The notes below the pieces were generated by a model that was not told where the DNA came from, made no database searches, and was given only the letters and a program-made list of their open reading frames with translations. The position numbers were made by a program, and so were the translations under genes. DNA of 63,159 bases, the filler included, from Acidimicrobiia bacterium (GTDB taxonomy: Bacteria > Actinomycetota > Acidimicrobiia > Spongiisociales > SHLN01), in assembly GCA_041619515.1 (NCBI GenBank). It is 2 parts of 2 records of this genome, joined end to end, with 100 filler letters (N's around TTAATTAATTAA, not from the genome) between each part and the next. Parts side by side here need not be neighbours in the genome. Positions count along the whole stretch, not along the records: positions 31,915 to 63,159 come from JBFKDW010000030.1; 1 more part is not named here. One strand, given 5' to 3'. Below are positions 55,104 through 63,159 of this stretch, in pieces (position 1 is the stretch's first letter; each line of letters opens with the position of its first letter).

Positions 55104-55597
55104 AGAAGACCCTGGTCGCTGCGATTGTCGGACTGGCGCTCGGCGCGTGCGGCGGGAGTGGGAGCGTGGTGACGGTGGACGGCGTCGCCTTCGACATCGA
55201 GGCTATTCCGGTGGAAACCGACTCCTCGACGATAGATCTCGACACCTTCCGCAACGCGCTCAATTGGGCGATACGCGACCAGGTACTGACCACCGCAGCC
55301 GAGGAAGAGTTCGGAATCACGTTCGATCGGGCTGAGCTCGAGGGCCGGGCGTTGGCCGCGCTGGAGTCGCTCCCTGAAGCGGACCAGCAGGATCCGCGTG
55401 CCAACCTCGGGTATTTCCTCATCCAGGCGAGAGTCGGAGTCGAGGGCCTCTTGTGGCCCCAAGTGACGGCGCTGCTTCCGGAGGGAATCACCCAGAATCA
55501 GTGGGCCATCGAGAAGCTGAGTGCTGCCGAGGTGGAGGTCGACGCTCGGTTCGGGGAATGGCGAGTGAGCCCCGAGCCGCTCGTGTACGAGCCGTGA
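55100..55597 (+). CDS. Lipoprotein, probably SurA N-terminal-domain-like
   Basis: Lipobox LGAC and C-terminal VEVDARFGEW. Occupies the usual actinobacterial slot between mfd and mazG. Confidence 0.6.
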   Translation: MKKTLVAAIVGLALGACGGSGSVVTVDGVAFDIEAIPVETDSSTIDLDTFRNALNWAIRDQVLTTAAEEEFGITFDRAELEGRALAALESLPEADQQDPRANLGYFLIQARVGVEGLLWPQVTALLPEGITQNQWAIEKLSAAEVEVDARFGEWRVSPEPLVYEP

Positions 55598-57033
55598 TCA
55601 CCGTCGTCGGCCTTGGTCCCGCCGGGACCGATCTGATGACGAGCGCGGGGGTGGCTGCGATCGAATCGGCGGACAGGGTGATCATGCGAACCGGTGCTCA
55701 TCCTGCGGCCGTCGAGATCGCCGGCCGGCGCGATGTGGAGACGTGCGACGACATCTACGACCGGGCGGAGAACTTCGAGGACGTGTATCAGGGGATCGCA
55801 GAACGAGTGCTCGCAGCCGGCTCGGCCGGGCCGGTCGTGTACGCGGTGCCGGGAAATCCCTCGATAGCCGAACGGGCGGTCTCGCTCATCCGGGAACAGG
55901 CGGAGGCATCGGGATTGCCGGTGCATGTGATCGGTGCGCCGTCGTTTCTCGACGTCATGCTCGAGCGGCTGGGAGTGGATCCGCTCGACCGCGGGCTTCA
56001 GGTACTGGACGCCCGGCAGCTGCCGAGCCCGTTGCTTCTGGCGATGCCAACCGTGTTCGCGCAGATGGATTCGGCTCTGGTGGCCGGCCGGTTGGCCGGA
56101 ACCCTTCTCGAAGTGCTCGAACCAACCCATCCGGTCACCGTGGCGGCCGAGATCGGATTACCGGGTGAGCAACTGACCGAGATCCCCGTGGCCGAGCTCA
56201 CCGAAGCTGCGACCGGCCCCAGGACTTCTGTCTACCTCGACCCCGGCCGGGTTGGGCTCCCAGGCCTGCTGGCGGTCAGCCTCGAGCTGCGGCGGGAGTG
56301 CCCGTGGGACGCCAGGCAGACCCATCACAGCCTGGCACGGCACCTCATCGAGGAAGCATATGAGCTGATGGCGGCGGTGGGCCGCTTGCCGGCGGCCGCT
56401 CCCGAAGGAGACCCCGATGTCGCCGCCTACCTGGAGGTCGAGGAGGAGCTGGGTGATGTCTTGCTGCAGGTGATCTTCCATTCGATGCTGGCGGCCGAGG
56501 CGGGTGTGTTCGACATCGAGTCGGTGGCCGAGCACCACCGTCGAAAGCTGGTTTCCCGACACCCGCATGTGTTCGGAATCGACGGGGGGCCGCCTATAGA
56601 AGTGGATGGTGCCCCGGAGGTGACACGGAATTGGGAGAGGATCAAACAGGCCGAGAAGCAGCGCGACTCGCTGATGGACGACGTACCCGTCGCCATGCCC
56701 GCCTTGGCCCGGGCCGCCAAGCTACAGCGCCGGGCCTCGTCGGTCGGATTCGACTGGGAGACGCCGGACGACGTTCTGGAGGTGCTGCACGGGGAACTGG
56801 GTGAGCTGGCGGAGGCGCTCGGCGACACGGAGGCCGTCGAGCACGAGCTGGGAGACGTTCTCTTCAGTGTCGTGAACCTGGCCAGGCACCTGCACATAGA
56901 TCCAGAGATGTCGCTCCGGCAGGCAGTTGACCGCTTCGCGGACAGATTTCGGGCGATGGAGGCCACCGCAAACCTCGACGGCCTCTCCCTCGATGAGCTC
57001 AACGAGCTCTGGCGACAGATGAAGAGTCGGTAG
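55594..57033 (+). CDS. mazG: YabN-type fusion: tetrapyrrole methylase-like domain + MazG nucleoside triphosphate pyrophosphohydrolase
   Basis: N-terminal ITVVGLGPAG and YAVPG.P..AE; C-terminal CPWD..QTH.SL, EEAYE, EELGDVLLQ, RHPHVF and ELGDVLFS. Confidence 0.92.
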   Translation: MITVVGLGPAGTDLMTSAGVAAIESADRVIMRTGAHPAAVEIAGRRDVETCDDIYDRAENFEDVYQGIAERVLAAGSAGPVVYAVPGNPSIAERAVSLIREQAEASGLPVHVIGAPSFLDVMLERLGVDPLDRGLQVLDARQLPSPLLLAMPTVFAQMDSALVAGRLAGTLLEVLEPTHPVTVAAEIGLPGEQLTEIPVAELTEAATGPRTSVYLDPGRVGLPGLLAVSLELRRECPWDARQTHHSLARHLIEEAYELMAAVGRLPAAAPEGDPDVAAYLEVEEELGDVLLQVIFHSMLAAEAGVFDIESVAEHHRRKLVSRHPHVFGIDGGPPIEVDGAPEVTRNWERIKQAEKQRDSLMDDVPVAMPALARAAKLQRRASSVGFDWETPDDVLEVLHGELGELAEALGDTEAVEHELGDVLFSVVNLARHLHIDPEMSLRQAVDRFADRFRAMEATANLDGLSLDELNELWRQMKSR

Positions 57034-57041
57034 CCGGCGGG

Positions 57042-57055
57042 CACTAGTCACATCG
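57042..57055 (+). promoter_or_regulatory. 14-bp motif CACTAGTCACATCG, copy 1
   Basis: Exact copy at 61185-61198; both copies are intergenic and upstream of two-component genes. Confidence 0.45.
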
Positions 57056-57108
57056 TGTGGCACAACAACGACACTCCTGTGGCGGGCGGCGCTGCCGAGT
57101 ATCCACGT

Positions 57109-57507
57109 ATGAACTCGCCCGCCACCGTCCTCGTCATCGAAGACTCTCCCGTCGTGCAGCATCTCCTCAGGGCAACGCTCGCCAGGCTCGACGTCACCGT
57201 CTTCTTTGCCGACGACGGCGAGGCCGGGCTCGAACTGGCTCGCACCTTGCTCCCCGATGTCATCACGCTCGACGTCGGTCTTCCCGGGATCAACGGGTGG
57301 CAGGTTCTCTGCGAGCTTCGCGCCGATCCCGCCACCTGCGAGGTGAGGGTGATCGTTCTGACGGCCCACGCTCAGCAGTCGATGCGCGAGGCCGCAGCCG
57401 AGTTCGGTGCCGACGCCTTCATGACCAAGCCGTTTCTGCCCGAGGACCTCCGCACCGAGGTCCAGGCCGCCGTCTCCCAGGTACGGGCAGGCGTCCCAGC
57501 CGCCTGA
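57109..57507 (+). CDS. Single-domain response regulator (receiver only)
   Basis: VLVIED, phospho-acceptor LDVGLP, LTAH and TKPF; no output domain. Confidence 0.9.
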   Translation: MNSPATVLVIEDSPVVQHLLRATLARLDVTVFFADDGEAGLELARTLLPDVITLDVGLPGINGWQVLCELRADPATCEVRVIVLTAHAQQSMREAAAEFGADAFMTKPFLPEDLRTEVQAAVSQVRAGVPAA

Positions 57508-57560
57508 CCTGCGGCTTGGGCGCGAGCCGCCAACCCTCACCTCGCGAAAATCGCCGCTAA

Positions 57561-59304
<1,744 letters not shown>

Positions 59305-59308
<4 letters not shown>

Positions 59309-59829
59309 ACGAACAGGCTGTAGTAGCCGCTCAGGTCGGCCGCCCGTTGCGTGCCGACGTGGAGGTCGCAAGCCGATGCCATCTTGGCCTGCCCGTCGTG
59401 GTGGCCGTGCCGCCGCTCCTCGATGACGGGACGCCATTCCCCACCCGTTTCTGGTTGTCGTGCCCGCTGGCCGTCAGGCGGGTCGCCAGGGTCGAGTCTG
59501 CAGGCGGGGTGCGTCGTCTGGAGGCGTTCATCGGGAGCGAGCCGGGGCTTCGAGGGGCGCTGGCCGAAGCGGACCATCGATATGCCTCCGAGCGCGACGC
59601 TCTGTTATCCCCGGAAGCATCTCGGAAGCCGTCGGGCGGCATTGGCGGCAACCGGGGCGATGGCCTCAAATGCCTTCACGCCCACTACGCCGACACCGCC
59701 GCAGGCAACCCCAACCCGGTCGGCGGGATGGTGCGACCGTTTGTCGAGCCACTCGACTGCAGCGAACCGTGCGTCAGGGCCGAAGGCGACGAGGTCGGGC
59801 GAAACCCCGAGTGGGTGGAGCCGCGATGA
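59305..59829 (+). CDS. DUF501 domain-containing protein
   Basis: QVGRP.R, DGTPFPT.FWL.CP, GGIGG and KCLHAH.A. Confidence 0.9.
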
Positions 59830-60737
59830 AGGTGGGAGCAGTCGACATCGGCACCAATTCGATGCGGCTGCTCGTAGCCAGCGTCGAGGGCGAAGACGTG
59901 CAATGGCAAGATCGACGCACAACGGTCACCGGGCTGGGCGTGGGTGTCGACGCAACGGGACGGCTCGGCGAGGAGCCGATCCGCAGGACCCTCGAGGTGT
60001 TGGCCGCCTACGGCGACGCTATGCAGCAGGCGGGGGTCGAGGCGTGCGGAGCTATCGCCACGTCGGCGACGCGAGACGCCGGTAACCGTGAGGAATTCCT
60101 TGATCGGGCGGAGGAGGCGTTGGGAGTCCGACCCGTCGTCGTCTCGGGGGAGGAGGAGGCGGCACTCGCGTTCGCCGGGGCGACGCCGGCGGCTGGGGGG
60201 ATCGCCCCCTACGTCGTGATCGACATCGGAGGTGGATCGACCGAGTTCGTGCTCGGCGAGGACGTCCCCACGTATCGAACGAGCGTCGAAATCGGATCGG
60301 TGCGCCTCACCGATCGGGTGCTGAAAGAGAGACCAGCGCCCTTCGAACAGCTGGCCGCCGCCGAGGATTTGACCGCCGAGCTGTTCTCGCACGTCTCGCT
60401 GCCTGCCACCCCCGGTCACGTCATCGGCGTCGCCGGAACGTTTACGTCACTTTCGGCCATCAGTCAAGATCTCCCAGCATACGACCCGGGCCGGGTGCAT
60501 CAGAGCACGCTGAGCGTGTCGCGTATCGCCGAGCTCGTCCTCTACCTTTCGCTGCTCTCGGTGGAGGAAACAGCTGCTATCCCGAGCTTGGATCCAGCCC
60601 GGGCGCCGGTCATTCTGGCAGGCGGAGTGATTGCCCAAGAAGCGGTCCGGCGCTGTGGCGCTGCCGGGGTCACTGTGTCGGAACACGATTCGCTCGATGG
60701 CATCGCCCTCCGGCTCGCACACGGTGGCGGCGTTTAA
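59826..60737 (+). CDS. ppx: Ppx/GppA family exopolyphosphatase
   Basis: VDIGTNSMRLL, ATSATRDA.N, DIGGGSTE and GSVRLT. Confidence 0.92.
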   Translation: MKVGAVDIGTNSMRLLVASVEGEDVQWQDRRTTVTGLGVGVDATGRLGEEPIRRTLEVLAAYGDAMQQAGVEACGAIATSATRDAGNREEFLDRAEEALGVRPVVVSGEEEAALAFAGATPAAGGIAPYVVIDIGGGSTEFVLGEDVPTYRTSVEIGSVRLTDRVLKERPAPFEQLAAAEDLTAELFSHVSLPATPGHVIGVAGTFTSLSAISQDLPAYDPGRVHQSTLSVSRIAELVLYLSLLSVEETAAIPSLDPARAPVILAGGVIAQEAVRRCGAAGVTVSEHDSLDGIALRLAHGGGV

Positions 60738-60774
60738 TCCTCAACCTGGGAGTCCGAACTGACGAAGCAATGGC

Positions 60775-61167
60775 GTGACAGTCAAGAAGATCGTGCTCGT
60801 CATCGACGACGTGAAATCCGTGCTGCACCTGATCCGCGCCGCGCTGGTCGATTATCCTGTCGACGTTGTCACAGCCGGTGACGGTGGTGCCGGGCTCGCG
60901 CTCGCCCGTGAGCTCACGCCCGATCTGGTGCTCCTGGACCTCGCGTTGCCTGTTCGGGATGGCTGGGAGGTCCTGGAGACCCTGCGCGCCGAGCCGGCCA
61001 CCGCGCAGGTCCCGATCGTCATCGTCACCGCTCACGGCGACTCGAACTCCGCGTCTCGTGCCCGCTCTCTCGGCGCCAACGGCTTCATTTCGAAACCGTT
61101 CCGTCCTGCCGAACTACGGCGCGTCATCAGCCACTTGCTGGATGATCAGGCGGCTGCCGCCGGCTGA
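60775..61167 (+). CDS. Single-domain response regulator (receiver only)
   Basis: VLVIDD, LDLALP, VTAH and SKPF; no output domain. Confidence 0.9.
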   Translation: MTVKKIVLVIDDVKSVLHLIRAALVDYPVDVVTAGDGGAGLALARELTPDLVLLDLALPVRDGWEVLETLRAEPATAQVPIVIVTAHGDSNSASRARSLGANGFISKPFRPAELRRVISHLLDDQAAAAG

Positions 61168-61184
61168 TACCCGCAGCGGTGGGT

Positions 61185-61198
61185 CACTAGTCACATCG
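61185..61198 (+). promoter_or_regulatory. 14-bp motif CACTAGTCACATCG, copy 2
   Basis: Exact copy of 57042-57055. Confidence 0.45.
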
Positions 61199-61321
61199 CG
61201 CACGCCGGTTTAGTCAGGCGTTTCGGTCAATGAGATAGGGCCTCCGGCCGATACACCATGTGTAAATTTCGAGAGCCGCGTCGGCTCTCTTCGTGCCAGG
61301 AAGAAGGCTCGGACGCCAACC

Positions 61322-62764
61322 ATGAGTAGTTCTAGAGCGGCCAGCACCCACGGGACCGCACGCAGCCGGTCCCGCCCGCGCTGGGACCGGAGTCTTGGCC
61401 TCACCGTGTTCACCGGCATCGCAATGCTGGTTGTGCTCGGAATGGTGTTCTCGGTGGCGTACGGAAGCCAGCAGATCACCAGCAATGCGGCGGCCCTGCA
61501 CGATGCCGACGAGGGCCTGCGAGCAGTCACCATCGTCCGCGCGCAGCTCGCCCTCGGAGTGCACATGGCCAGCGTGGATCGCGAGTTCGGGACCAATTCG
61601 GGCGAGGCGCTCGAGACGGCAACGTTCGAGGCAACCCTGGCGATGAGCGACCTGTCGACTGCGATCGAACACCTCTCCAACTCGGGCAAGCTATCGAATG
61701 CGAGCCTCATCGAGGCAACCAATCAGCTCGGCCAGACCACCGCAACCATCGTCGGGTTCCTGGCTGCCGGTGATTCCAAATCGGCTCAAACCGTTTCGGA
61801 GTCGCGGCTGGACGAGGAGTTCCAGGAGCTCACGTCGCTCCTCGTCGATGTCCGCGACCGGCTCTCCGATCAGGTGGCATCCTCCGACGCCCTGCTCGGT
61901 CGGATCGGCAACTTCGCCCGGTTCCTGGTCGCATTCCTCATTCCCGCTGCGGTCATCATCGTGTACCGCGAGCTCATGAAGCGCCAGCAACGGCAGGCCG
62001 AGCTCGAGTCACGCCTCAGCGCCGAGCGTCAGCTCAACGTAGCTCGCGAGGAGTTCGTCGCAAACGCCTCTCATGAGCTGCGGACTCCGCTCACCTCGAT
62101 CATCGGTCTGTCGATGCTGCTGGCTGAAAACGAAGTCGTGCAGGCTGAGCCGGCTGCAACCGAGCTGCTCTCCATCATCATCAGCGAGTCCGACGACCTC
62201 GCCCGGATGGTCGAAGACCTTCTCACAACGGCCCGGCTGGATGCCGGCGCGCTCCACTTCGTGTTCGACGACGTCGATGTCGGAGAAGAGATGCCCGAAA
62301 CCATCGATCCGCTCACGAGGTCGGGACCCGCTATCGGTGTGACTGTCGAGCCCGGGATCGTTCGAACCGACCGGCTCCGCTTCCGCCAACTGCTCCGGAA
62401 CCTGTTGTCCAACGCTCGCAAATACGGCGGACAGAACATTCGCGTCGAAGGGCGCGTCGAAGGCCGCACCTACGTGTGCTCGGTCATCGACGACGGCCCG
62501 GGTGTTCCGGTCGAAATCGAGGACCGTCTGTTCGAGCGGTTCATCCACCAGGGCCACCAGACGGCGACGAAGGACTCGGTCGGCCTCGGCCTCAGCATTG
62601 TGCACGCCCTCACGCAGGGCATGGGTGGGAGCATCTCGTATGAGCGGATCGACGGGGAGACCCATTTCACGATCCGGCTCCCGCTGGCCGGTCAGAGTAC
62701 AGGTGAATCAAGTCTCGAAGAACGAGAGGCTGACGAGGCTCCGCCGCGTCGGAACGTCGCCTGA
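61322..62764 (+). CDS. Membrane-bound sensor histidine kinase
   Basis: Two TMs around a helical extracytoplasmic domain; H-box SHELRTPLT, N-box NLLSNARKY, DDGPGV and GLGLSIV. Confidence 0.93.
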   Translation: MSSSRAASTHGTARSRSRPRWDRSLGLTVFTGIAMLVVLGMVFSVAYGSQQITSNAAALHDADEGLRAVTIVRAQLALGVHMASVDREFGTNSGEALETATFEATLAMSDLSTAIEHLSNSGKLSNASLIEATNQLGQTTATIVGFLAAGDSKSAQTVSESRLDEEFQELTSLLVDVRDRLSDQVASSDALLGRIGNFARFLVAFLIPAAVIIVYRELMKRQQRQAELESRLSAERQLNVAREEFVANASHELRTPLTSIIGLSMLLAENEVVQAEPAATELLSIIISESDDLARMVEDLLTTARLDAGALHFVFDDVDVGEEMPETIDPLTRSGPAIGVTVEPGIVRTDRLRFRQLLRNLLSNARKYGGQNIRVEGRVEGRTYVCSVIDDGPGVPVEIEDRLFERFIHQGHQTATKDSVGLGLSIVHALTQGMGGSISYERIDGETHFTIRLPLAGQSTGESSLEEREADEAPPRRNVA

Positions 62765-63159
62765 TGGCCCGCAGCGACAGCTTCCGCCGGCGGGTAGCGC
62801 TCCTGGCCGCCCTGGCTCTCGTGATGGCCCAGCTCGGTCTCGTTGTCGGTCCCGCAGAGGCTGCACCGACCTGGACGCCCCAGTACACCGGACTCGTCGG
62901 TGACGTCAACGCGGTCGACATGGTCGACGCCACTACCGGTTACCTGGCGGGCAAGGGTGGCTCGGTATGGAAGACCGTTGATGGTGGGTTGACGTTCTTT
63001 GGTGTTTCCACTCCGACCACTCAGGATCTTCTGGGTGTTGATTTTGTGAGTGGGTCTGTTGGTTGGGTGGTGGGGAAGAGTGGGGTGGTTCTTAAGACGA
63101 CGAATGGGGGGAGTACGTGGACTACTCAGGCCCATCCGGCTGGGAATGTGCAGCTCAAC
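62764..63159 (+). CDS. 5' part of a secreted YCF48-like/BNR (Asp-box) beta-propeller protein; not in the ORF track
   Basis: TGATG-coupled start and signal peptide ending AEA. Hand-translated repeats: GYLAGKGGSVWKTVDGGLTF and GWVVGKSGVVLKTTNGGSTW. Open to the window end. Confidence 0.85.
   Translation, partial: MARSDSFRRRVALLAALALVMAQLGLVVGPAEAAPTWTPQYTGLVGDVNAVDMVDATTGYLAGKGGSVWKTVDGGLTFFGVSTPTTQDLLGVDFVSGSVGWVVGKSGVVLKTTNGGSTWTTQAHPAGNVQLN

Overview
High-GC bacterial DNA. The gene content and order suggest an actinobacterium, probably Acidimicrobiia; this is inference, not a search result. The window is two unrelated contigs joined by an artificial 100-bp linker (N44-TTAATTAATTAA-N44, 31815-31914), so nothing across that point is real synteny. 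Contig 1 (1-31814) is accessory and metabolic. It carries a haem/B12-class ABC binding lipoprotein with a divergent TetR, an M15 peptidase and a GNAT, a heterodimeric ABC exporter preceded by a leader-peptide attenuator, and a tal-pgi-HAD-gnd-zwf pentose-phosphate cluster. It also has a group-2 sigma-70, a DUF4038-like secreted glycosidase, a co-directional ugpAEB-GDPD-(ScyD/E-CRTAC1)-glnA4 run, M15 and M64 peptidases, ndh, small membrane proteins and a truncated plant-type LRR gene. Contig 2 (31915-63159) carries tRNA-Ala, an ECF sigma/anti-sigma/MscS operon and a candidate structured RNA. It then runs through the conserved core block rsmI-abrB-metG-tatD-rsmA-ispE-tRNA-Gln-glmU-prs-[4-gene insert including a Rieske-TPP fusion]-rplY-pth-mfd-surA-like-mazG(YabN)-eno-ftsB-DUF501-ppx. 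Two stand-alone receiver proteins bracket the eno-ppx operon and are followed by a histidine kinase. Best leads: (1) a putative glycerophosphoethanolamine salvage operon coupling Ugp, GDPD and a GlnA4-type ligase; (2) an ermC-style attenuator on an ABC exporter; (3) a ~210-nt unannotated structured RNA; (4) a Rieske-pyruvate-oxidase fusion; (5) a Bacillus-type AbrB in Bacillus-like synteny. All family calls come from reading motifs by eye; no database search was run.
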